This document shows positions 8,186-16,521 of a DNA stretch of 52,126 nt, piece by piece (the stretch's first letter is position 1; every line of letters starts with the position of its first letter). The stretch lies in the IMG/VR virus record IMGVR_UViG_3300048599_000179, positions 1-52,126 of that record; one strand, given 5' to 3'. The notes below the pieces were generated by a model. That model worked only from the letters and a program-made list of their open reading frames with translations, made no database searches and was not told the origin of the DNA. The position numbers were made by a program, and so were the translations under genes. The DNA is from a virus (lineage: Duplodnaviria; Caudoviricetes).

Positions 8186-8859
8186 CGGTTCACCGTCCTC
8201 ATCTTCTGCCTCGGCTCAAACGAAAGCACGCGGTACATACGATAGAACTTTGCGAGCTCGTCGCCTGCACCCAACAACCGACCGATAGCGATGCCGCGTC
8301 TCATGGCCTTATCGCGTATACTTGGAAAAAGCTTCTGCCCAGCATCCTCAAGGCCAAACACCCGATTCGTGGCCTCGTTGCGGAGTTCGAGAACAAGCCA
8401 GTCAAGAATCTCTACAGCGCCACGCGTCATCTTCTCTCGGACCCAGTGGTAGCGCTCATAGGCATCTCGCGTGCTATCGTGGACATTGCCGAGACCGCCA
8501 AGCCTGCCATTGCTGCCGCCTCCTCCGTTGCCATTGTAGGAGATCGTCACGGCCACTTTGTCTTTAGCGTGAGCGTCGAGAACATACGCGAGGAACGCTT
8601 GCTCAACATCGCTGGGCCATTGCCCGGAGTAGTGCTCGACTGGGCTCTTTGTGCGGAACTTCCGTCCCTCGCCCGCGATGATGTGCTGGCCAACGTCTCC
8701 TTTGGCCAAGCGCTCTGGAGTTGGCTGGATGCGCTCCATCTCTTGGCGTCTGCGGTCGGCCTCGATCTCGCGGGCTACTCGTGCGATGTCGGCCTGGCGC
8801 TTCTCGTAGAGCTTTCGAGCAAGAGTCTTCTGTTGGGGTGAGGCTTGTAGCGTGGTCAA
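8182..8859 (-). CDS. Putative late transcription regulator (Q-analogue, DUF6456-like)
   Basis: PTPERLAKG motif and a helical C-terminus; sits at the end of the early operon upstream of the late region, as in alphaproteobacterial temperate phages. Confidence 0.55.
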   Translation of the reverse strand: MTTLQASPQQKTLARKLYEKRQADIARVAREIEADRRRQEMERIQPTPERLAKGDVGQHIIAGEGRKFRTKSPVEHYSGQWPSDVEQAFLAYVLDAHAKDKVAVTISYNGNGGGGSNGRLGGLGNVHDSTRDAYERYHWVREKMTRGAVEILDWLVLELRNEATNRVFGLEDAGQKLFPSIRDKAMRRGIAIGRLLGAGDELAKFYRMYRVLSFEPRQKMRTVNR

Positions 8860-8869
8860 GCGCCGCTCC

Positions 8870-9082
8870 TTATCTGAATCTGGGGTGCGTGATCGCGGCC
8901 AGGATCATATCCATTGCAATGATGCGGTTGTCGAATTGCGAACGGCTAATCTCGACGCACGCCTCGATGCCGGTCGGCAGATGCGTGACCTTGACGCCGC
9001 TTGGACCCGTGCCGACGTGCTGACCGCCAATTGACTTGCGCGGCGGCCAGATTTCAACCTTCACGTCTTCTGGCTGTATCAC
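8870..9082 (-). CDS. Standalone RF-1-type (GGQ) peptidyl-tRNA hydrolase domain protein
   Basis: DVKVE...GGQHV...SGVKVTHLPTGIEAC...SRSQFDNR..AMDMI aligns by eye with release-factor domain 3 (GGQHVN..DSAVRITH.PTGI.V.CQ.ERSQ..N...AM). Confidence 0.85.
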   Translation of the reverse strand: MIQPEDVKVEIWPPRKSIGGQHVGTGPSGVKVTHLPTGIEACVEISRSQFDNRIIAMDMILAAITHPRFR

Positions 9083-9093
9083 GGCGCTGCTCC

Positions 9094-9297
9094 TTATCTT
9101 TGATCCTGCGGTGCCAGTATCCTATCCACGACTGACGCCCCAACTTCGTCACGCATGGCACTGATGGCAGCCGATGCCAGCATTCGCCACGCGTCCTTTC
9201 TTGAGTCTTCCGATCTCTCCCAAGAGATTTGAGAGAGGCCGATGCAGTGGGCTTCGTCAGCGATTTCTTTCGCGATGTGATCAAGGGTGGAGGTCAT
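9094..9297 (-). CDS. Hypothetical protein
   Basis: AGGAG RBS; translationally coupled small gene. Confidence 0.55.
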   Translation of the reverse strand: MTSTLDHIAKEIADEAHCIGLSQISWERSEDSRKDAWRMLASAAISAMRDEVGASVVDRILAPQDQR

Positions 9298-9545
9298 GCG
9301 CGCTCCTTCGGGCGAATAACGAGCCCGTTATCAGCAAGATAATCCCTTGTCGCCTCTGCTCGTGGAATGAACCAGTGCCAGCGCGGCTTGCCCTGATAGT
9401 CGTTTCCAGGCCCCATACCAAACGCTTCGTCTGGAGCTTCAGGGTCTCTGCACATCCGGTTCGGGTCACAAACAAGCCACGCCTTTGCGAGGACTTCGAT
9501 GATGCGATCGTGGGTCCCAGTTTCAATGTCTTCTCTGCTCATCAT
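9294..9545 (-). CDS. Hypothetical protein
   Basis: Coupled by an ATGA overlap. Confidence 0.55.
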   Translation of the reverse strand: MMSREDIETGTHDRIIEVLAKAWLVCDPNRMCRDPEAPDEAFGMGPGNDYQGKPRWHWFIPRAEATRDYLADNGLVIRPKERA

Positions 9546-9859
9546 CTCATCCCCCTCACGACATTCGGCATGTCAAACGCTTCCTCATAGTCATCGGCAT
9601 AGTGGCCGTTGAACTGTGGCGCTGGATCGCTCTGGAGAGCCACTGGCTGGCTTTCAACTGGTTCCGGGAGGAATGGGGTCAACACCTGAGAGAACCGCCA
9701 GCGGGCTTCCTCCAGGTCGGCAATGGCCAAACGAACGGCATCAGCCTTCATCTTCTGCTGATAGGCTTGAACGCCTACGCCCCACATGGGATCGTTTTCC
9801 ATCCGCATCTTGGCCGTGTAGGCTTCGAGCTGGTCGGTGAAGTCTAGATCGCTGCTCAC
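9542..9859 (-). CDS. Hypothetical protein
   Basis: GGAGG RBS; coupled gene. Confidence 0.6.
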   Translation of the reverse strand: MSSDLDFTDQLEAYTAKMRMENDPMWGVGVQAYQQKMKADAVRLAIADLEEARWRFSQVLTPFLPEPVESQPVALQSDPAPQFNGHYADDYEEAFDMPNVVRGMR

Positions 9860-10017
9860 CCTGGCACCCTCCGTGTTGGCTTCACTGCCTTTGAATTCTT
9901 CTGCACAATCCTTGCTGACGCTGATAGTCCATATCCAGGAATAGGCTCCAGGATGGTCTTCCCTGATTTTGTCTTAGAGACCTTGAAGCCTTTGATGGCA
10001 GAGCGGCGGCCGGTCAT
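9856..10017 (-). CDS. Small basic hypothetical protein (53 aa)
   Basis: Not in the ORF track. MTGRRSAIKGFKVSKTKSGK...; fills the gap with 4-bp overlaps at both ends. Confidence 0.55.
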   Translation of the reverse strand: MTGRRSAIKGFKVSKTKSGKTILEPIPGYGLSASARIVQKNSKAVKPTRRVPG

Positions 10018-10286
10018 ACTTGCCTCACGATATGACCAAGGACTTCACCTGCCCGCCTGTGGTCCGCACAGCGCTCAACAAGGTAGGCGTTCGCACCGTG
10101 GCAGAGTTCATCCAAGGCTTTCGGATTTCCACCAGCTACAAGGCTCATCGTGAAAGCTAGCGTAGACAACAGCGCTTCGATCATCTCCGCGCCGTCTTCA
10201 GGCGAGCGATTGTCTGCGAGAGTTGATGCGCAAAGGCCCTGCAGCTTCGGGGCAAAGTCTTCGATCCTAGCTTTCTGCGTTTTCAT
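10014..10286 (-). CDS. Hypothetical protein
   Basis: MKTQKARIEDF...; coupled gene. Confidence 0.55.
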   Translation of the reverse strand: MKTQKARIEDFAPKLQGLCASTLADNRSPEDGAEMIEALLSTLAFTMSLVAGGNPKALDELCHGANAYLVERCADHRRAGEVLGHIVRQV

Positions 10287-10409
10287 GCTTCCACCCACTC
10301 GATCCCTATTTCATCTGCACTCACATTCTCTGGCAGCCAGAACGCCATCAGCTCACCGTCTACTTCGATGTAGCCGGTGGGTTCTCCTAGTTCGTCGTCT
10401 GGGTTCATG

Positions 10410-11534
10410 TCAGCGTCCTTGTTCTGTCTCGAAAAGTCGCTTCAACTTGTCGATAGGCGCCACTCGCTGCGCTGCGATGCTCGCAATAAACTTTTGCATT
10501 ACGCTCTCGATGTCAGGCGTGACTCTCGCGTTACACGGCCCATTCAACTGCTTGAGCACCGGCCGATCGCCGCTTGAGAGTTCCAGCGTGGCAACGCGCT
10601 TTCCGTCTTTCTGGAGCGAGTAGATACAGGATCTTGCGGCAAGGATATCGCGCATATAGGTCGACACGCAGTGCCGCATGAGCGCGCCTTCGGTGATCAG
10701 AGCCTCGCCGCTGCGGAGCGGAATGACATCCATTCCGTCGATCGTGTTCACGTCATTCGGCTGCGGTGTGAAGTCGACTTCGTAATCGAGATCGACGCCA
10801 TAAGTCGCAAAGAAAGATTTCAGTGAATCTCGCTTCGCCACTTCGGCCGCCCATAGCCTATGAGCTGTCACCGCTTCCTCAAATGTCCAACCATAGTTAA
10901 ACCGGCCACTCACGAACAGGTCGACAAGGTCGTGCGCATTTGAGGCAATCCCCTCGCCATCGCGAGATTCACGCACAGCAACACCGAGGGCGGAAACAAA
11001 CCAATACAGCGCCTCGTCCGGCAGCTCTGCGCTGCGCAGCGCTGCCCACCCGCGCAGCGACCTCAGGGTATTCAGCCACATCTGCTGTTGATGGACTTTG
11101 TCAGGAATCGCCTGAGACAACGCCGAAGGCGGAACATTTCGTAGGCCCCATATTGCTTCGGCATACGCAGGCGCCACAGCCGTCGATCTCAGCTTCCGAA
11201 GCGGATACGGCAGATGAAATTCCTTCATCGCCTCCTTTAGCTTCATTCCTTCAATGCGACGAAATCGATTGGCAACATAAGCCAATTGCTCTTTGCTTAA
11301 GGAACCGTTCTTCAACGGCTTCCCAAACGTTGCCCCGAGAACGAGAACTGGTGCTTGTTCGATGTACTCTATGGCGTAGCGATGCTGCTTTGCAGCCAAG
11401 GCCGCCAGCCAAGTCAGTCGCCGGTTTGGGACCGCCTTTTTTGCGCGCTTCAGCACTTGCGCTTCATCCCGAAAGTCGAAGCTCACCCCACCCTCCCCAT
11501 CACACGAGCACGCAATTCGTTCCTGCGTTTCCAT
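10410..11534 (-). CDS. PcfJ-like domain protein
   Basis: C-terminal L..EG..MRHCV.TY......IYSL......ATLEL......Q..G..N motif is characteristic of PcfJ. Confidence 0.8.
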   Translation of the reverse strand: METQERIACSCDGEGGVSFDFRDEAQVLKRAKKAVPNRRLTWLAALAAKQHRYAIEYIEQAPVLVLGATFGKPLKNGSLSKEQLAYVANRFRRIEGMKLKEAMKEFHLPYPLRKLRSTAVAPAYAEAIWGLRNVPPSALSQAIPDKVHQQQMWLNTLRSLRGWAALRSAELPDEALYWFVSALGVAVRESRDGEGIASNAHDLVDLFVSGRFNYGWTFEEAVTAHRLWAAEVAKRDSLKSFFATYGVDLDYEVDFTPQPNDVNTIDGMDVIPLRSGEALITEGALMRHCVSTYMRDILAARSCIYSLQKDGKRVATLELSSGDRPVLKQLNGPCNARVTPDIESVMQKFIASIAAQRVAPIDKLKRLFETEQGR

Positions 11535-11621
11535 TCTTCGATAGAAACGACGTTGGTCTTGGCTTCTCTCTCTGCCGCCATCTGCTCAGCGATTTTCTTT
11601 CTTAACTGCGGCGACGGTTTC

Positions 11622-13070
11622 TTATGATCTGCCACGTCCGACCTCCGCGTTACGAACTGCGTTAGCTCCGATATCCACGAACGCGTCCACCGTGCACATG
11701 CGCCCGTTTCGGTTCTTGGCAACGATGAATTCAAGGCTGTTTCGGCAGGCTTCCAACGTTGCGACGCGAGAAGCCTCGGCCTCTGGATTGTCCTGGCGCT
11801 GATGCTCCAAGTAGTAGGCCGGGCGATAGAGGAACATCACGAGAGAGGCGTCCTCCTCAATCGCGCCGCTGTCCCTGAGATCGGCTAAACTCGGGCGCTT
11901 GTTCTCGCGCCCCTCAACACCGCGATTGAGCTGGCAAAGCGCGAGGACCGATGTCCCCATGTCTTTGGCCAGAGTGGCGATGCCGTCGCTGATCTCGGCA
12001 ACCTCTCGCACTCGGTTTCCAGAGTAGCGATGAGACGGCCGCACCAACAGCATGTGGTCAATGATCACGAGGTCAAGCTTGCGGCCGTGGCGATCCAAAG
12101 CGCTAGCGTGCTTCCGTGCTCTCGCTGCGATCTCACCGAAGGTCAGTCCGCGCTGCTCCTCGATGGTGAGCGGTAAATCTCTGAGTCTGTCCCGAGCTTC
12201 AGCCAGCCTCCGGCGTTTGCGATCATCAAACGTCTCGCGGCGTCGCTGCAGAATATCCTCGTATTGAATCGGATCGTCATAGCTCCAGGCTAGATCCGTC
12301 AACATGCGCGCACCAAGCTGCTCGCCGGTCATCTCCAGGGAAAAGAAGATCGTGGCGTGCCCAGCCTTCGCAGCACGTAGCGCGATGCTGGTGGCGGCGG
12401 CTGACTTGCCCATGCCTGGGCGCGCGGCGAGGATTGAGGATTGCCCAGTCGGAATACCGCCTGTCACTTTGTCGAGGTCTACAAGGCCCGTGGTAGGGTA
12501 CGGCGCGTCCTGGCTATCCAGGTGCTTCAAAGCTAAGGAAGCCGCTCCCTGAGCGTCGTAGGCGCGGCGTTGGCCCGTTCTGAGAGAGGCGAGCACGTCA
12601 TCGATACGCTCGATTGTCGTCCCGGCCACATCCAGCAGGTTGCTGCCGCCATTCGCAGCCTGCAGCGAGAGCGAGTTGCCAACGTCCGAGAGCGTCCGGC
12701 GCACCGAGTTGTCTCGGATCACTTCCACCAGATCCGGGAGCGGCTGATAGAAGGCTTTCAGCGCATTGTCGAACAACGCGTTGAAATACCGGCGCGGCGT
12801 CAGGCCTGGCTCGATCTCATCATCGCCAAACCGCGCGACAAGAGCTTCCACAGACGGGTTCCGGTTCCGCTCTGAGAGATCGACCAGTGCTGCGAAGACA
12901 GCCTTGTGGAAGTCGTTTTGCAAGTCACCGGGCGTGATCTTGGCCGCAGCTTCCTGGATCTTGTCTGGATGCGCAAGAAGAACCGAAAGAAGGTTCTGCT
13001 CGACGCTGACTAGGTCGGTTGCTGCAGGGGCCGGATTGGAGAAAGCGTCGCCGTGGGGCATGATGTTCAT
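11622..13070 (-). CDS. dnaB: Replicative DNA helicase, DnaB-like
   Basis: AARPGMGKS, FSLEM, IIDHM, LCQLNR, RPSLADLRDSGAIEEDA, IVAKNRNG. Confidence 0.95.
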   Translation of the reverse strand: MNIMPHGDAFSNPAPAATDLVSVEQNLLSVLLAHPDKIQEAAAKITPGDLQNDFHKAVFAALVDLSERNRNPSVEALVARFGDDEIEPGLTPRRYFNALFDNALKAFYQPLPDLVEVIRDNSVRRTLSDVGNSLSLQAANGGSNLLDVAGTTIERIDDVLASLRTGQRRAYDAQGAASLALKHLDSQDAPYPTTGLVDLDKVTGGIPTGQSSILAARPGMGKSAAATSIALRAAKAGHATIFFSLEMTGEQLGARMLTDLAWSYDDPIQYEDILQRRRETFDDRKRRRLAEARDRLRDLPLTIEEQRGLTFGEIAARARKHASALDRHGRKLDLVIIDHMLLVRPSHRYSGNRVREVAEISDGIATLAKDMGTSVLALCQLNRGVEGRENKRPSLADLRDSGAIEEDASLVMFLYRPAYYLEHQRQDNPEAEASRVATLEACRNSLEFIVAKNRNGRMCTVDAFVDIGANAVRNAEVGRGRS

Positions 13071-14032
13071 TGGCGCCCCCTCATGATCTCCGCGAATTTT
13101 TCCTTGCCCACAATGGCCTCAATCGAGCGCATCTCGTCGGATGCAGACTTTTGCGTCGTCGCGTGTCGGCCATTGCCGTACCCGCCGTCATGGAGCTTTC
13201 CGAAGCTTTCAGCCTGGCAGATGAAAGTCAGATCAGCTCGGAACCCGTGATGGGTGCCACCTGTCAGGAACGCCGACTTTTCGATGTTGGCGAGCGCCCG
13301 CTTCCATCCGTCGAGCCCGTAGTCCTTCAGCCGAGCAACAATTCTGCGCTCGCGGTCAGGCGTAAATTTCACGGCCTGCGGAAGCGAGCATCTGAGAGCC
13401 GTTTCGTTGTAGGCGTTGAATGCCTCCAGTGCGTCGGCCTTGGTCGGACCTTTGGGGGGTAGGGGGGTATTAGTATTATCTAGGAAAAGTAACCTCGAAG
13501 GGGTTTCTATACGCGCGCGAGACCCATCCCCGTTTTCGGGATGGGTGGACGTCCCGTTTTGGGGGATGGGTGTTGTCACCTTTTCGGGATGGGTAGACGT
13601 CTCCTTTTTCGGGATGGGTGTCATCCCGTTTTTGTGGATTGGTGGCGTCCCGTTTTGGGGGACGGGTATGTCCTCGCTGTCACGGCGTGCGTTGTATGCG
13701 GTTATAATGCTCTGCACCACCTCTGGTGGCATGATCCGATAGCGGTTCGCCTTGCCTGCCGCTGCGACTGTTTCAACTATGCCGAGACCATTTTCTGCAA
13801 TCGCCTTCTTTGCTGCAAAGACGGTATCCCCCTTACTCACTGAGCAAATGAGCTTCATGTCCTTCGCGCCGAGCGCGGCTTCTCCATTGCCGTCGGCAGC
13901 GGAAACCGCGCCAATCGCCAAGAGTTTTTGATTTCCAGGAAGGCGCGAAAATACGATCAGGGTGACAAGAGAACGAAACTCCTTGTCAGTAATCCTCCGA
14001 TCAATAGGTCCACCGTTGTGTCCCGCCGTCAT
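13067..14032 (-). CDS. Phage replication initiator protein
   Basis: N-terminal wHTH-like region ending GKANRYRI, a repetitive linker, TPLPP, and a C-terminal domain (FL.G....F.ADL.FI.....F.KL..G.Y); directly upstream of dnaB. Start may be 14044. Confidence 0.8.
   Translation of the reverse strand: MTAGHNGGPIDRRITDKEFRSLVTLIVFSRLPGNQKLLAIGAVSAADGNGEAALGAKDMKLICSVSKGDTVFAAKKAIAENGLGIVETVAAAGKANRYRIMPPEVVQSIITAYNARRDSEDIPVPQNGTPPIHKNGMTPIPKKETSTHPEKVTTPIPQNGTSTHPENGDGSRARIETPSRLLFLDNTNTPLPPKGPTKADALEAFNAYNETALRCSLPQAVKFTPDRERRIVARLKDYGLDGWKRALANIEKSAFLTGGTHHGFRADLTFICQAESFGKLHDGGYGNGRHATTQKSASDEMRSIEAIVGKEKFAEIMRGRQ
13525..13668. repeat. Iteron array (putative replication origin) inside rep
   Basis: Six imperfect copies of CCCGTTTTNGGGATGGGT at ~24-bp spacing; encode PQNGT/PKKET/PEKVT/PENGD repeats. 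Confidence 0.75.
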
Positions 14033-14184
14033 CAGAACCCACAACCAGTTGTGGGTATCCTGTTGACTGAGACCCTATGTTGTCGTAGAAACATCCTGCA
14101 CCTTGCTTCGTTATTTGCTCTCTCGAACGCCAATTCCCGAGAGCGAATTCAAAATTTAAAACCCCCACACCCGGATCCCAATAG

Positions 14185-14217
14185 GACCCTCAGCGCCAAC
14201 TGAGGGTCTTTTCATTT
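14185..14217 (+). terminator. Terminator-like hairpin antisense to the early operon
   Basis: GACCCTCAG-CGCCAA-CTGAGGGTC-TTTT. Confidence 0.55.
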
Positions 14218-14297
14218 AGGGCGCTCTGATCGCACTTGACCGTTCGTCATTTCGGGCCTACCAATTGTTTCACGAGAAACAGTTAGATTCATCCAAG

Positions 14298-14328
14298 AGG
14301 CGCCTTCGCGGGGCGCCTTTTCCTTTTT
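14298..14328 (+). terminator. Second terminator-like hairpin antisense to the early operon
   Basis: AGGCGCC-TTCGCGG-GGCGCCT-TTTCCTTTTT. Confidence 0.55.
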
Positions 14329-14395
14329 CAAACCCCCTTTGAACTCGCATCGCAGTGGGTTTGTCCATTCACATTTCAAACTCAGACAAAACTTT

Positions 14396-14857
14396 TTACG
14401 CTGCCAATGCTTTTGGGACGCGTTTGGCAGTCGATGTCACTCGATTGGCAGCCTTGGCAGTGGATCGAATTCGACTGACATTGCTGGCAATCGCTGCCAT
14501 CACCGGTTTTACGCCTGACAAATTGACTGCCATCGGCCGCCAGCGTTCGCCATCACGCTCCCTGTCAACTTGATAGGGCGTGTAGCCAGCATTGCTGAGT
14601 GCCCTGCCGAACTTGCGCAGCGACATCGGACGCTCGCCCATCAGCTCCAGCAGCTCTGAGAACTCGACGTAGAGGTCTGCCTGCAGGTGCTCTCCTCCGT
14701 GCCCGAGCGAGCGCATCCAGCGGATGTACGCTGCCACGGTTGGAGAGTCTGGGAGCAGGCTCGGTCTACGCTGGCACGCACGTTCGAATGCCGTGGCGGC
14801 AGTTGTCGGCCGCTCACTGCTGTCGTCGTCTTGCGGCTCGCGCCGCTCTGGCTTCAT
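14396..14857 (-). CDS. Putative winged-helix DNA-binding protein
   Basis: LY.EF......GE.PMS..KFGR.L...GY pattern resembles the C-terminal wHTH of D5/P4-type primases. Confidence 0.55.
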   Translation of the reverse strand: MKPERREPQDDDSSERPTTAATAFERACQRRPSLLPDSPTVAAYIRWMRSLGHGGEHLQADLYVEFSELLELMGERPMSLRKFGRALSNAGYTPYQVDRERDGERWRPMAVNLSGVKPVMAAIASNVSRIRSTAKAANRVTSTAKRVPKALAA

Positions 14858-15336
14858 GCCGGGACCTCCTCTTTCTTCCTGGCCTTCACGTACCTGTGCT
14901 GAACCTCAGCCCAGTTCGAATACATGCGCCTCGCATGGCGGTGACACTCGGAAAGCCCTGGCAGCGTTTCACGTCCGCAGAACCCATACGGCGCACCGCG
15001 AAACGGCACGTCGATACGCCACCGGCAGCGGCCGTCATTCCACTCCAGCTCATGAAACGTCACCGTTGGAACGTCTGCCTCTTCAATAGGAGGATCGACG
15101 TAGGCGGTTTCTGTTGGAGCTTTGGGCTTCTTCTCGATGCCGAACGCGTTCTTGGCTCGCTGGGTCTTGCGCGGCTTGGCATTCGTTTTCCGCCCGGCGA
15201 GCCCAAGACGATGCACCTTCGCGATCACGGCCGAGCGCGTTATGTCTCCACCAAGCTTCTCTGCGATCTGGCTTCCGGAGAGGCCTTTCGCCCAGAGCTT
15301 CATCAAGAGCCCAACGCGCTCGCTATTCCAGGACAC
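14854..15336 (-). CDS. gcrA: GcrA-family cell-cycle regulator
   Basis: MSWNSERV..L.KLW.KGLS.SQIA..LGG..TRSAVI.KVHRLGL and a C-terminal CRW...FCG......C..H. Confidence 0.92.
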   Translation of the reverse strand: MSWNSERVGLLMKLWAKGLSGSQIAEKLGGDITRSAVIAKVHRLGLAGRKTNAKPRKTQRAKNAFGIEKKPKAPTETAYVDPPIEEADVPTVTFHELEWNDGRCRWRIDVPFRGAPYGFCGRETLPGLSECHRHARRMYSNWAEVQHRYVKARKKEEVPA

Positions 15337-15499
15337 GGCCACCCTCCAGCTTAGAGGGAACAGCCGCGTCTGAGATAGGTGCTGCGTTGTTCTGGAGCCC
15401 GAGGATCAGCACCTCGATCACGCTCGGCTTGCGGGCGTTGCGGATGCGAATGCGCTCCTTGAGGAAGTCCTTGGCGCCGAAGTTAAGGTCACGAGGCAT
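15323..15499 (-). CDS. Hypothetical protein (58 aa)
   Basis: GGAGG RBS; MPRDLNFGAKDF... Confidence 0.5.
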   Translation of the reverse strand: MPRDLNFGAKDFLKERIRIRNARKPSVIEVLILGLQNNAAPISDAAVPSKLEGGRVLE

Positions 15500-15911
15500 T
15501 ACTGGACCTCCCGGCCGATGATTTTCTTTGCTTATAGATGGCATTGAGCAGCCTATTGCGCGCTGCTCCTCCAGCTTTAGTGGCTGAATAGCAATCGCGT
15601 CCCGCATCTCGCGCTTTTCGATACGCTTCTCGCGCTACTTTTCGCGCCGCTACAAGCGTGGAGTCGTCACAAACTTCTTTCACTCGATGATAGTGGCGCC
15701 GCGATCTCGCGCGGTTCCACTCTTGCCACTTCGTTGAGGCCTGCCGATATCTGGCTTCACTAACTGACATGCCAGTTCCTTTGCGCTGCCTCGCCACGAC
15801 GCGCACATACGACGGCAAGCACCCGACCTTCTCCGCGATCTCCTTCACCGTGAATATCCCGTGGCTATAGAGGCGCATGATTTCCGCAGACTTGGTGCCA
15901 TCCTTGGCCAT
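15489..15911 (-). CDS. HTH-containing protein
   Basis: TVKEIAEKVGCLPSYVRVV HTH. Confidence 0.6.
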   Translation of the reverse strand: MAKDGTKSAEIMRLYSHGIFTVKEIAEKVGCLPSYVRVVARQRKGTGMSVSEARYRQASTKWQEWNRARSRRHYHRVKEVCDDSTLVAARKVAREAYRKARDAGRDCYSATKAGGAARNRLLNAIYKQRKSSAGRSSNAS

Positions 15912-15912
15912 C

Positions 15913-16308
15913 TCACTCACCCCCGAGATAAGCGAGCAGTTCATTGCCTGACCAAATCCCGACGCAACGGAAGCACTCAGGTTTCACGTCGGCGCACGTT
16001 CGATCCATGCGAGCCCAGAACCGCTTTTCGAGATAGGTGAGAGAGCCGTTCGCCCAGTTCTTCTTCTGAAGCCACCCCGTCATGATCGGGCCGTTGCCGG
16101 GTCCTTCGATGATGATCTGATCGACGCCCTGGAGCGCCTTGGACGCCGTGACGGCCTTCCACAGAGCTGCGCGCTGAGCGTCGGCAAACCCTGAGGGCTC
16201 CAGTCCATCCGACTTGGCTACAGGAGACAGAACGATCATCATCAAAAGCCCAACGCAGAGCGCGACGACCGTGAGCGACAACGCGTGGATGAGTGTTCGT
16301 GCCTTCAT
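15913..16308 (-). CDS. Secreted or membrane-anchored hypothetical protein
   Basis: GAGGGGGA RBS; N-terminal hydrophobic signal. Confidence 0.6.
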   Translation of the reverse strand: MKARTLIHALSLTVVALCVGLLMMIVLSPVAKSDGLEPSGFADAQRAALWKAVTASKALQGVDQIIIEGPGNGPIMTGWLQKKNWANGSLTYLEKRFWARMDRTCADVKPECFRCVGIWSGNELLAYLGGE

Positions 16309-16521
16309 CTTGTCCCCCTCAAAAATTCTTCCCCAGGTCGAGCCAATTTGACCGTCTCAAATGTACCCCTGCTCGGGTCCCCCGCTGTGTCGGCATTGGC
16401 TCTTTCTTGCTCAGTCAGACGCCTGGGGTCGCCTGGTGAAGGATGCACAGCGGTGGTATTCAATTTTCGCCCTATGGGGCGGCGCAGCCCTCTCTTGCGC
16501 CACCCCCGTCACGCGCGAGAA

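Noticed and set aside
8870-9082. Evidence of stop-codon reassignment
   Set aside because: Long genes are intact under the standard code and end in TAA, TAG and TGA, and the protein lacks a codon-recognition domain.
13525-13668. CRISPR or DGR-type repeats
   Set aside because: These are short tandem imperfect repeats inside rep, consistent with iterons. No reverse transcriptase is present in the window.
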